A stretch of 60,268 bases of DNA, filler included, from Sphacelaria rigidula (Eukaryota), in NCBI GenBank assembly GCA_964200075.2. It is 8 parts of 8 records of this genome, joined end to end, with 100 filler letters (N's around TTAATTAATTAA, not from the genome) between each part and the next. Parts side by side here need not be neighbours in the genome. Positions count along the whole stretch, not along the records: positions 1 to 7,446 come from CAXNAA020014879.1; positions 7,547 to 14,992 come from CAXNAA020014880.1; 6 more parts are not named here. The stretch is one strand, 5' to 3'. Below are positions 1-10,942 of this stretch, piece after piece. A model generated the notes under the pieces. It worked only from the letters and a program-made list of their open reading frames with translations, was not told the origin of the DNA and made no database searches. A program made the position numbers and the translations under genes. Positions within the stretch are counted from its first letter, which is position 1; each line of letters begins with the position of its first letter.

Positions 1-1222
1 ATCAGGCGCTGTATGGCCATTTTTTTCGTGACCCTTTTAGCTGTTTTTTTGGGGGGGGGGCTGTCGTAGAAAGTGTTCCAAATCATTATCTACTATCGTG
101 GTGTAAACTGTTCGCTCTCCATCGCTTTTACTTTTACTTTCCCTTGCTTGGTTGTTTCTGCGTTGGTCTTTGTCTATTTGCTTCGGGCCGCTATGTCCCC
201 TCCGCCTCCCCTTCTGAGCACTTTCCTGTTCCTGCCTCTCTTCCCCTCCGTTTACCCGTGGACTACATCCTAGGTTTGTAGCTATGCATACTCTCCATCC
301 TATTCTTCTAACCCATGCCGATACCTTACTTGTTCATCCTTTCCCACTCCTTGCTCGCGCTCTGTTTTAGCGTGACTCGGAGGTGTTCTCCCTCCCTTTT
401 TACTTTTCCTCTTGCCCAAGAGTGTGGTCCAACTCTATTGCATTTCATTTTACACTCTATTCTTGTCATATCGCTACGAAGTCCGAATACCAGCACTACT
501 AGTACTTTACCCGTCCACTCGTTACTTCTCCGTCCGCCCTTCCTTACCGTCTCTCTCTCGATCCCCTTCGAGAGAATCTCCAGCTTAATCGTTTCGAACG
601 TATTGGCGAAATGTAGTGAACATACTGCGACATCCTAATACTAGCACTTGTCAGGGGTCTGGTGCCGTCTATTTTTTTTTCTGGCTCACCGACACTAAAG
701 AATGCCTCCAACACGGGCTCGTAGCCTGAAGCCAAGTTCAACACCTTTGACACAAGTACCCCACGTTTACGCCAAGCGATCTTCATGGTAGACCATCCAG
801 ACGTCCCACGATCGTATCTTCTATCTTGCCCCGCTGCTGCACTGGTTACTTTCCTCCAGGGAGGTCATTTTCAACGTGTAAGGTTCAAGGACGGCTTGCA
901 TATCACATGGTCTTACTCACATCGGGATGTCCCGTACATCACTTTTTCCACTCCGTGTGTACGCTTCATCATTTGTCGCTACTCCACTAAAGCTTCCGAG
1001 TAGACCTTCGCTGCCGGAAGCTTGACCAACGATGCCCCCACACTTTGTACCAGCTTCTATCCTTCAAGATCTCAAGAAGTCCATGTACCGCTTGGTGCTT
1101 CTTCTCGTAGGTCATGTGGTCGGTCGTTGGTAAGGTGATTGTTTCATGAGTGCAGGAGGTCTTGACGTTTATGTCATGCATTATCCACCCGTTCCCTTCA
1201 TTAGGCGTCTTTTGCACCTAAT

Positions 1223-1615
1223 AACAGTGGATTATCAAAAATGGGGTTGAGAAAAAAAACGAGGTTCAACTCAAAAGCCGTGCTTTCCTAGACCTAAATT
1301 CATGACTTTTATATCGACGATCTCGTCCCTCCCGACCTCCCTAAAACTATTTCGGGGGATTTCTAGCATTCCGTTCCCCCACAGGGTATGTGCGAATCAC
1401 ATTTTTGCCTCGATTTCGGATAAAAAAATCGTGCTTTCGCACATACCCTTTGAGGGAACGGAAGGCTAGAAATCCCCCGGAATAGTTTAAGGAGATCGGG
1501 AGGGATGAGGTCGTCCATATGAAAGTAATTTGTTATGAATTTAGGTCAGGGAGAGCGCGGCTTTTGAGTTGAGCCTCATTTTTTTTCCAACCCCCACTTT
1601 CGAGAACCCACTGTT
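1223..1615. mobile_element. Foldback MITE (~393 bp, nearly fully palindromic) with a 4-bp TAAT TSD
   Basis: Termini AACAGTGG...CCACTGTT. The left half is the imperfect reverse complement of the right half (e.g. gggtatgtgcgaa/ttcgcacataccc, ctcaaaagccg/cggcttttgag). TAAT lies at 1219-1222 and 1616-1619. Confidence 0.85.
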
Positions 1616-1661
1616 TAATGTCGAAAATTTCGGGAAAATGGCTGACCAGACTCCCACCGCC

Positions 1662-1920
1662 TGTAGACTCTAGCCATCATTGTTACCTAAGGTTAGGGGC
1701 ATTTGTAGGTGGAGTTGCGGGTCTGATTGCCGGACTCTGTGATGGTGACCTCCATGACGAGTAGGCCCGATTTTGCCACTCTGTTGGGGAGAGGCTATGG
1801 TCTTGTTCTTCTGTACTATGCTGAGGGTTAATACATGAATACCTAAAGCTGCTGAAGTCCATGTGCCCGTGATGGAAGGAGTTCACATGGCAATCTGATC
1901 TTGAGTGACAGAAGTCTACA
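1662..1920 (+). repeat. 5' LTR of element 1
   Basis: TG...CA with terminal inverted TGTAGA/TCTACA; direct repeat of 5515-5773. Confidence 0.95.
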
Positions 1921-2402
1921 ATGAACGTTCATTAAGACCGCTGATAGTGGTAGGTCCGCTGAAAGCAGCTGACACTTCAAGATAGGGAAGTCTGCAGGCC
2001 TGATCAGTTTGCAGCAAACAAGACCAACTCAAGGAGTTGGGGAAGTAGAGCCGAGGAGTTCTGAGGCAGTGCTAGGGCGGGCTGTGGTATCGCTCGTGCC
2101 TGAGGTGCGGGCGATCGATCGACAGCTGGCGAGCCCAAGATCGTTCTAGAAAAGCGGCGAAATTACTGCCTTTTGGAGCCAGCGAGAGTTGCTTGTTCCA
2201 CGCTTGGCCAGGTACGGCCAGGAAGAGGAGTCTAAGGACTTCAAACACGTGGTGAGACCTGCGTGAGGAAGAGGCGCTGTGGCCGTTGTCGTTGTAAGGT
2301 GGTACAGCGCGTCTCGGTATAAGGAAAGAGTTGTTGTTCCTGTGAGAGGGAGGCGACTTCGTTTTTAAAAAAGGCGTGTGGAGTGCTGTACTGCTGACCG
2401 AA

Positions 2403-4231
2403 ATGTACGAGGTGCAGGAGTATGTCGCGGTGGACGGCCATGTTGTTCGTGCGCCGCAACAATATGTTGTCATCGATGGTCGCGCTGTCCGTGTACGATT
2501 TCTGGATCTGCCCTACTACGGTCGCAAGTTCTCAAGTGAAAAATCTGCTCAGTTTCTGCGGAAATATGAGGACTACCTTCGTGAGGTGCACGCAACAAAC
2601 GAGCGTCAAGCACGCGGGCACGTTGTTGAAGAGCCAGCGGTCTCTGACCTCATGCCCGCACATATCGAGAACTGTCTATGTGACACATTTTTGGATGGCG
2701 CGAATTGCTCTTTGCGCTGCGCAAGCATGCATCTTATGCATCGCCGAATGTGGTGCAATATAGTGTCAAGGTCGGCGGCGGTAGAGACAGGCACGACAGT
2801 GCACCCGCCGAACGTGCAGTAGGTGCTGCGCGTTTGAAACGACGATACAGGGCAGCTGCATGCCCTGTGAAAGCCGAGAAACATGTGTCTGCCCGAGGGG
2901 ACAGGCACGACAGTGCACCCGCCGAACGTGCAGTAGGTGCTGCGCGTTTGAAACCACGATGCAAGGCAGATGCTTGCACTGTGAAAGCCGAGAAGCATGT
3001 GTCTGCCCGAGGGGATAGGCGCGATAGTGGACCCGCTGAACGTGCAGTCAGTAGGGCGCGTCTTAAACCACGATACAGGGCAGGTATTTCCATTGTGAGG
3101 AGCGGGAAGGAGACACATAACGTGTCTGTTAAAGCGGGTATGCATGAGAGCGCGCAGGCCGACAGTTCCACGGTAAGCATTGGTTTGGATGCTGCTGGTA
3201 TTGCTGCCGGAGAGGGCGAATATGTCACGCAGCTCGAGTAGACTGCAGGCAGCTTAGCTGCCTCTGTTGCCGCTCAGGAGTGCGCTGAGTAGAAGGTGGT
3301 GGCCGAAGCGGGAATATTTGATCCAGCCGCTGCTGCCGCTGCTGCCGCTGCTGCCGCTGCTGTCGGAAGCGCGAAGCCAATTTGCTCCGATGAGCTAGCG
3401 CTGAGAGGCAAAGGTCCAGGTTGCTTGTGGCCGCCGGACCAGCGCGTGACTGGGGACACACCTTGCATGCTCACCGCTGCAAGGGGGTGTTATCTTCGTG
3501 ATGAGAGTGAGCAGAGCAAGCTTGGGGCTCGCGATGCTCAGGGTGAATCTATCTGCGCCAGTGACATGGCGAGAGATCATTTAGATGATTCGCAGGGGTG
3601 TCTGCTGGAAGGACAGGTGGATGCCGGGTTGGCGGAATTGCCGCCGGAGCAGCGCGTAGCCGTGGACACGCCTTGTATGATCGAAACAATAGGGGCGTGT
3701 GACCCGCGTGAAGCGGGTTCGCAGAGCGAGCTGCAAGCTCGTGATGCTGTTAGCGATCACAATTCTGACGACGACGACGAGCGTTGCGTGGTGTTGGGGT
3801 GGTCGTGTGCACTGCTGTTTACACGGACAGCTTTGGCGTATTTGGCGGCGATGGCGTAGGAGTCTCCACTGTTTTGCCGCGGGGTGTTTGAGGAGGATAG
3901 TGTGCCATCAGGGGGGGTTGCTGTTCGGGACTGTGTAGCTGTTCCCGTTCCGCCTCTGGTTTCCTCTGTAAAACTGACTGAAACACAGGTGTTCAGTACT
4001 GCCCAAGTATCTGTGGAGGCAGATGATCTGTCGCGTTGGTTTGGCGGTGCGAATACACCGTTGAGAGGCGTGTTGAGCTACACCATGTTGGTGCCAGGTG
4101 TAGCGAGACCGAAGGTGCAAGGTGGGAGTGTCCGAGAGGAAAAGCTGCTCTACGCTGTGCACGGGGTTGTGGTTCGAGTGCTGCTGTTTCTCTGGAGCGG
4201 GCTGGAGGACTACAAAGAAGGCATTTCGTGA
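2403..4231 (+). pseudogene. Degenerate gag-like reading frame of element 1 with low-complexity/repeat extension
   Basis: LDLPYYGRKFSSEKSAQFLRKYEDYLREVHATN aligns by eye with DLRPPQYGDRYSESAPRTFHTRYLGYKNCVEHAN of the gag at 8214. It continues through frameshift and stops into ORFs 2705-3241, 3296-3859 and 3884-4231. Confidence 0.6.
2786..3128 (+). repeat. Three tandem 114-bp (38-codon) repeats
   Basis: Units start at 2786, 2900 and 3014 and translate as DRHDSAPAERAVGAARLK...KAEKHVSARG. Confidence 0.9.
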
Positions 4232-5514
4232 GGTGTTTGCTGTTGTGGTGAGCGCCGAGTTGGGTACTGATGTTGAGGAGCAAGTGCTGTGGGGATTTGA
4301 GTGCTTGTTGAGAATGAGGAAACACATTATGACTTGTATTCGCGGATCGTTTTGAGAACGATTGCAGCTTGTCATTGTGTGGTTTGTGGTCATGTTTGCG
4401 CATGAAACATGGTTGTTGAGCGAGTACGATCGTATCGCGTGTGCAGGGTAAAACTCTGGCGTACACGTGTATATTTGGCATGTGTGTGTGGTGCTGATGT
4501 GGTTGGCACGGAAGATGCATGGTGTTTGCTGCGAGGAAGGTGGCATTGCATGTGCTGGGTGAAGTATTGACATGCATGTGCGGATTCTCATATGGTGAGT
4601 GGAAATTTGGTAGGCATGTGCGAATTTCTGCTCGAATGGTACTGATGTAAATGGTATCTGGTGACGACCTAGGGTGGGGCAGTTTTCAATATACTGCTGT
4701 ATACTAAATAAAGAGAAGCTCGTATAACCTTGTTCGCGTGGGAACACAGTCGAACCATATTTGGGCGTTTTGCACGTACTGACTGCAGGATATATGGATT
4801 GCTGCTGTTAGCGTAAAAATGAGCTGAAATAAACGAAATGCGTAGGCCCGTCGCCGTTGTTGGATTGGTATACATGACTTGGAAAGCGGTGTGAGCCATG
4901 GCTTTCCTTTGATTGTCTTTATGAAATGAAGGCAAGTTGAAGCATTGAAGCTTTGACGGCGGGGAGGCATCCGATGCATACGTTTTTTACGGGGTCGTAG
5001 AAGCAAGAGGCCAGGTGCGTTTTAGACGTGTTGGGGTGCATATTTCCTTCTCGCGTGAGGATGATGCATCATTTGGCTGTTGAACTCCGTTGCGCAGGTG
5101 TTGAACGTACAAAGAGTGAATTTTGTATGCTGAGAAGTACCTTGTCTCGGATGAGAGGGGTGATGAGTCACGAATGCTCTGGAATTTAACGTTTGCTGAC
5201 ATTTCCGGTTTCGAGCCGATGACGAGTCAAAAAACTTGTTTTGGGCGAAGATTTGAGAATCTAGCGCTAGCTATCGCTTTGTAACTCGAAGTTGTGCAAG
5301 TAGCGTGATTGCATGATCATAATGAACGATATATTGTTGGGATCTCTTGCGAGTTGTTCGGAAGTAGGGCTAGCTTGTATGAAGCTGTTGTCGAAAGCAG
5401 CGTAAGAGGTTGCTAATCTTTGCGGAAACGACGGTACTATCAGGCACCAATGGTGTCTGAGTTTGTCAAGCTCTGATGTATCTACTTGTTGGCAGTAGAG
5501 AGCTTTGGGGGTGC

Positions 5515-5773
5515 TGTAGACTCTAGCCATCATTGTTACCTAAGGTTAGGGGCATTTGTAGGTGGAGTTGCGGGTCTGATTGCCGGACTCTGTGATGGTG
5601 ACCTCCATGACGAGTAGGCCTGATTTTGCCACTCTGTTGGGGAGAGGCTATGGTCTTGTTCTCCTGTACTATGCTGAGGGTTAATACATAAATAACTAAA
5701 GCTGCTGAAGTCCATGTGCCTGTGATGGAAGGAGTTCACATGGCAATCTGATCTTGAGTGACAGAAGTCTACA
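5515..5773 (+). repeat. 3' LTR of element 1
   Basis: Direct repeat of 1662-1920, preceded by TTTGGGGGTGC and followed by the TSD CGCC. Confidence 0.95.
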
Positions 5774-5929
5774 CGCCCAAGAGAAACCGGTAAGGTTTTA
5801 CGGGTATCTCACTACGAGACCCCAACCTGCATATAAATTTAACATGGAGGGGGTGATGACCCTACCCTATCCGTACTTCACACGCGGCCATTCGGCTACC
5901 CCCCAAAATACTCTGTTCCGGTCAACTTT

Positions 5930-6191
5930 TCGAGCCTCCAGAGGAATTGAACGCGTCCAGAGGGTGCGCGGCCCTCCAGAGGGGTGGGATCAAACGCCTC
6001 CAGAGGCTTGTTTTTCCTCTGGAGGGCCGCGCATCCTCCGGAGGAATTTGGAAGATGCGCGGCCCTCCAGAGCACCATCTTTTTGGTCACTCTCGAGTGA
6101 TTCAGACCTCAAAAGTCACTGGAGCATCAGATGCCCTCCAGAAGATTCGTTTATGATCGCACCTGGGAATGAAATACCCTCTAGAGGGTAT
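5930..6191. repeat. Cluster of quasi-palindromic CCTCCAGAGG motifs in both orientations
   Basis: About eight copies of CCTCCAGAG(G)/CCTCTGGAGG, several within GCGCGGCCCTCCAGAG, ending in the palindrome ATACCCTCTAGAGGGTAT. Confidence 0.65.
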
Positions 6192-7446
6192 TAGAGAGTT
6201 TCAGACCCCCCCCCCCCCAGAACTCAGGAATAAGCGAAAAACGTATGGATTCTTTACGCTTAAACGCCAGGTTTGTTTTTAATTTTTTCACCACGTAGGT
6301 GTGGACGGTGGGCAACTTTTCAGGGTTTGGTATTTTCCGTTCCGAATGCCACGTGGTCGGTGTCATGAGTTGAAGAGGTAACCGTCGCGCCGTGCTGTTC
6401 TGCGTTTGTACCCTGCGCTCGCCAATGCGGTGCTACCTGTACAGCGCGGAAGAGCATGTACCGAACCGTGCTACAATAAGTTGAATGTTTAATCCCAGGA
6501 AAAAGAGGAGTCATAGATGGGTGTTTCGGACAGCCTGTCACGGATCGGTGGTAAAGGCCTAGAGGAAAAGAGGTGCCAGTCTGTGGGCACCTGAGCACCA
6601 TCAGGCTCATGTACATTTGGGTACCATCGATTCGTACCGAGTTCGCGGTACGCATATCGTGCTCAGCAGCGAAAAGGAGGGATGCTACGGTAGGGGTGCA
6701 CAAATATTTTCTTAATTTAGAATTGTTGGGAGCCCTCTATCTCATCTAAAACACGTGTCATTAAATATGTGAGAGTACACCAGGAACCCTATCCCAATGT
6801 CCTGGGAATATCCCGAATGAATTTGCAAACGGGGATGTCCTGACCCATATTCTTGTGCATCTAGAATTTTTAGGAGCCCCTGAACCAGACAAGATTTCGC
6901 GCAAAAAGTGCAACCCTACCGTAGCATTGCTCACAGGCTTCGGGTTGTCACGCAGGTGCTTAAGCACATCGGCTGCATGCGATTCAGGCTTACTTTAGAA
7001 GAAGACCAGAGACACCTCTGATAATGCAGTCCTAGAGATGCGCAGATCCTTCTTGTATTATCGGCGAACAGGCTGATTGCTGCTGTGCTAGTTGAGATCA
7101 GTCGTAGAAGCTCTGTGAGCACATCAAGGTAGACAGACGGGTACCAAGCATGATAAGGTGTGACACACAGATACTAGTCGACTGGAAAACGACGAGTCAA
7201 TATGGAACATCCCCCTAGCCTTATCTATAAGGCTAAACAACAATACTCAAGGCCTGGAAGGGCCGGAACAAGACAAAGCCTGTGCATCATACGCCAGAAG
7301 ATAAAACGAGAAAAACCAACAAAACTACAGTGTTGGGGAAAACTCGTTGCAGATCTAATGGATAGGTAAACCCTGTAAAAACAGCCAATCATCTATGTTG
7401 AGGATGGTGCTTTTGATTGAGGATGAGAACCCGGAGGATTAAAATC

Positions 7447-7546
7447 NNNNNNNNNNNNNNNNNNNNNNNNNNNNNNNNNNNNNNNNNNNNTTAATTAATT
7501 AANNNNNNNNNNNNNNNNNNNNNNNNNNNNNNNNNNNNNNNNNNNN
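7447..7546. other. Artificial linker (N44-TTAATTAATTAA-N44). Also at 14993-15092, 22539-22638, 30085-30184, 37631-37730, 45177-45276 and 52723-52822
   Basis: Identical 100-nt spacers with six-frame stops at an exact 7,546-nt period; 8x7446+7x100=60268. Confidence 0.99.
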
Positions 7547-7652
7547 TACTCCTCGAACTGTGGCGATGTCAAAATCGATGGGAAAGTCGATTGCGTCGGG
7601 TCTGACTTTGAATCTGAAACTACGTTCTGAATCTCACGAGTGTAGTGTTAAG

Positions 7653-7904
7653 TGTGACGAAAATACGCCGTTACGTTGAGTTGGTAGTGATGATATGGAT
7701 AATGACCGTAGGTAGTGATGGCCTGGATAATGACCGGGGACACTAGGTTGATGCGCTGGCGTGTCTAGGTGGGTGGGTGCCTTGGAAGATCACTCCTGGA
7801 AAATGAAAATGTTGTCAAGGCTGACAACTGAAACTGAGGCCAGTAAGACTGGGGAGTCCCTCAACAGCTGTGATTCAACAGTGCTTCTACTGGCTGGTGT
7901 CACA
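7653..7904 (+). repeat. 5' LTR of Gypsy element 2
   Basis: Direct repeat of 13300-13547; TG...CA. Confidence 0.95.
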
Positions 7905-8213
7905 ATGTCGATATTAGTGCTAGTGCTAGTATTAGTACTGCTAGAAATCTGCTGAGAAAGATTTCGGCGGAGTGAGTCTGGCAGCTGGGGACAACCTGAC
8001 ATCACGGACTCATGACGAGGGTTCAAGTTAGTGGTGGCTGCAGAAAGGCGGCTGGCCTGTGATTGATCAAGACTGAAGACTTGCTGAAGCTGCGTGCAGC
8101 GGGAGTTTGGAGGCTCCTACGACTGTGTGGTGCGGCGACGAAGCAAGGAAAGTGCAATTCGCGAAGGTCCGCTGGCCTGCAGAGGTGGCAGGTAGCCGGT
8201 TGCAGTTACAGTT

Positions 8214-9113
8214 GTGGCTACCGGCTCACGAGGTACGTCCACCGTGTCACCCGTGGTCATGCGGGAGGACTTGCGACCTCCCCAATACGGGGACAGGTAC
8301 TCAGAGAGTGCACCTCGTACTTTTCACACGAGGTATTTGGGATACAAGAATTGTGTGGAGCACGCTAATGCAGGAGGGGCCGTGCGGTATCAGGTGGTGA
8401 CAATGGCTCAACAAGTACCGACTCATGTACAGAGAGCGTTAGCTCCTTCGGAACATAACGAGAGCACCATCACCTCGCCGCAATTGGTTGCGGCGATCAA
8501 AAAGCATGCTGGGCATGCGGCGGGCGCCGAGGTAGATCTGACCCAAGCGTCCGCGGCCGTGGCGAAAGCTGTCGCAATGCATTCTCGGGGGAAAACGATG
8601 TTGGAGCGTGTGGAGCCCATCTTGGCCAATTTGGAGAAGTATTTCACGGAATATCCGAACGTAAAACTAGTATATCGTCCCCCCGATGGTGAGTTCATTC
8701 CCGGCCCGGCAGCAGTAATCACTAAGGCTTTGGTGAAGGGGTTGGCACCGGAAAATATCAAGCAAGCCGTGCTTGTCAAGCTGCAGCACCAAATAGATTG
8801 GAAGGACGACCCGTACTTGGTGATGAGCACCACTGTCGTGGCCGAGGCCAACGAGTGGCGGAAAATAGAGGTGTTCGGCCAGTCGTCCACCTCTTCGCCG
8901 AACTCTTTGCGCAACCATGGCTCGAAATCGGCTTGTCGCGCCGCGAGTATTACTTGCCACCGCTGTGGCCAGGTCGGTCAATACGCGCGCGATTGCCCAA
9001 CGTCTTCCGGTGGAGAGTCTGGGCAGTCTAGTGCCGCGCGCCATCAGCATCGTCAGTACAAGGCCAAAATACGAGATAATCGTGGTGGTGGCGGCAGATC
9101 TTCCGGCGATTGA
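8214..9113 (+). CDS. gag: Gypsy Gag with degenerate CCHC zinc knuckle
   Basis: 299-aa ORF downstream of the 5' LTR containing CHRCGQVGQYARDC (knuckle His replaced by Gln). Confidence 0.8.
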   Translation: MATGSRGTSTVSPVVMREDLRPPQYGDRYSESAPRTFHTRYLGYKNCVEHANAGGAVRYQVVTMAQQVPTHVQRALAPSEHNESTITSPQLVAAIKKHAGHAAGAEVDLTQASAAVAKAVAMHSRGKTMLERVEPILANLEKYFTEYPNVKLVYRPPDGEFIPGPAAVITKALVKGLAPENIKQAVLVKLQHQIDWKDDPYLVMSTTVVAEANEWRKIEVFGQSSTSSPNSLRNHGSKSACRAASITCHRCGQVGQYARDCPTSSGGESGQSSAARHQHRQYKAKIRDNRGGGGRSSGD

Positions 9114-9563
9114 GGGTCGTAGGCGAGCCCTCAGTAGCAGCAGCAGCAGCAGCAGCAGCAGCGGCGGCGGCGTCATCATGGGCCTGGCTCTGGGTCCGGC
9201 GCCGCCGTAGGTGCTGCTGCTCCGCAACGGGCGGTGCAGGTGGGCTCGACCTCTACAGAGTCGAACACTGCCCCAGCGCCGGTGGTGGCGCCGGCGGTGA
9301 CACCGGTAGCAGCGCTAGGCGCGACGCCTGTTGACGCACTGGTCGGAGGTTCGCCAAATTCTTGGTTTGCTGGATGATGGGCGTACCCGCCGGCGGTGCC
9401 GTTTGAACCTGCCGGGGCGTCTTCGCCTGCGCAGCTTGCGCCGCCGTGGCGTCAAGTAGGATTAGCGGCGCATAGGTCAACAGAAGAAGTTCCCGTAGAG
9501 CTTGCCGACAGATATACTCGGGCGGAGTTATGACTTCCGAATCAACGGCAGCGTGGAGTCATT

Positions 9564-10942
9564 GTGGTTCGGTCTGTGTTGGATTCTGGCGCCCATTTCA
9601 CTAGTCTGCTGGTTCAGATGAGATGCTGGAGCGACAACTCCCAGGTGTGCCGCTGCGCATCCTGTTTTCGCTCGGGGCGCGGCAGGCAGTCACTGCGTGA
9701 GGTCAGCATGTTTCAGTCACGGAGCGTACCGTTCCGTTGCAGCTAGCCTTCAAGACTGCTTGGGCGCTGGCGCCGTTGCCTCCGATCTCGTTTGCGGTTA
9801 TGCCAGGGTCGGATGACCTTGTTCTTCTGGGGCTGCCGACGCTACAGGATCTAGGAGTCGACTCGTATGAGCGGTTGAAGGACTCCATCAAGACGCGGAT
9901 GTCTCCACCTGGTCCGCATGTGGGGACGCCCATCTTTTGGGGCAGTCGTCGCGTGAGCTTGTCGGTGGATGCTTTTCAGGAAGCTGGAGGGCAGGTGATC
10001 GAGGAGCGGGATGCGGCGGTGGAACACTTAGTAGAGCGCGGCCCGGATATGTTTATGGACCCGGCGGAAGAGGCGTCCGCTCGGAAGGTCGCGCTGGAGG
10101 AGAGCGTGACGGATGCTGTGGCGAAAGGCCTCAGCGTCCCCAAAGCGGAACGCCTGCGCGGTATCTTGCATCGGCGCGTCAACGCGTTTCGTCGTCCGCT
10201 GCGGGGTGATCCCCCTGCGCGCGTGGAGTCTATGCGTATTCACCTGAATCCTGGGGCATCCGGGTGAAGGCAAAGCCGCGGCGGTACGATCCGGTGAAGT
10301 CGAGCTGGTTGGCGTCGTGCGTGGTGGCTCTTTTGGCGCTTGGGTTGGTAGTCCGGAACATCCAAGTGGTGTGATCAAGTCCGGCGATGGCGGTTCCCGA
10401 GAAAGACTCGTTTCGCCTGGTAAGCGACTACAAGGCTGTAAATGATGAGGTTGAGAAGTCGCCGGGTGTGATGCCCAATCAAGAGTCGGACATGCGTGAT
10501 CTCTTGAGTGCTCGTTTTTTTGGCAAGTTGGACCTCCTCCAAGGTTATCGGCAGATGCCGTTGGCGGAAGAGGCGCAGGAGATTACCATAATCACGACCC
10601 CGTTAGGCTTGTTTACACCGAAGCGAGTACCGCAAGGCGTGTTGAATGCCACGGCATATTTTCAAGGTATCCTGACAGAGCTGCTCGTCAGCTTGAAATG
10701 CAAGATATGGGTGGATGATGTTTTTTTTCGCGGATACGGAAGACAAACTTTTAGACACGCTTAATGCTACCCTGGCCCGTTTAGAGAACGTTGGTTTGTT
10801 TGCGGCGGCGCACAAATGCACTCTCTTCGCGAGTGAACTCGTATGGTGTGGGGAAGTGTACTGACACGGACGCGTATCTCATGACCCTGTCAGATTTCAA
10901 GGCTCGTCTGACATACGGCGCCCGGAGACGGCCGCAGAACTC
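9564..10942 (+). pseudogene. pol: Gypsy pol: aspartic protease and reverse transcriptase, frameshifted
   Basis: Protease motif VLDSGAHFTS. RT motifs FRLVSDYKAVN, FGKLDLLQGYRQMPL, RVPQGVLNATAYFQ and KIWVDDV. Split over several frames. Confidence 0.92.

Larger units (their letters stand above)
1662..5773 (+). mobile_element. Non-autonomous Ty3/Gypsy-type LTR retrotransposon (gag-like N-terminus only, no recognisable pol)
   Basis: 259-bp direct repeats at 1662-1920 and 5515-5773 (TGTAGA...TCTACA, about 5 mismatches). CGCC TSD at 1658-1661 and 5774-5777. PPT-position motif GCTTTGGGGGTGC abuts the 3' LTR. Confidence 0.92.

Noticed and set aside
640-1217. Possible LINE 3' relic on the minus strand
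   Set aside because: Only vague similarity with many stops; cannot be supported by eye.
1845-1866. Tf1-type self-priming partner for element 1 (TGAAGTCCAT within the LTR)
   Set aside because: Only a gapped partial complement of the PBS-position sequence, and no equivalent in element 2.
1683-1886. Duplicated small ORFs (1683-1886/5536-5739, 15923-16117/21994-22188, 26254-26541/26584-26766)
   Set aside because: Chance frames within LTRs or inverted repeats.
7491-7502. TTAATTAATTAA as a biological motif, and ORFs running into N runs (14504-15040, 44969-45232, 52771-52992)
   Set aside because: Artificial six-frame-stop linker.
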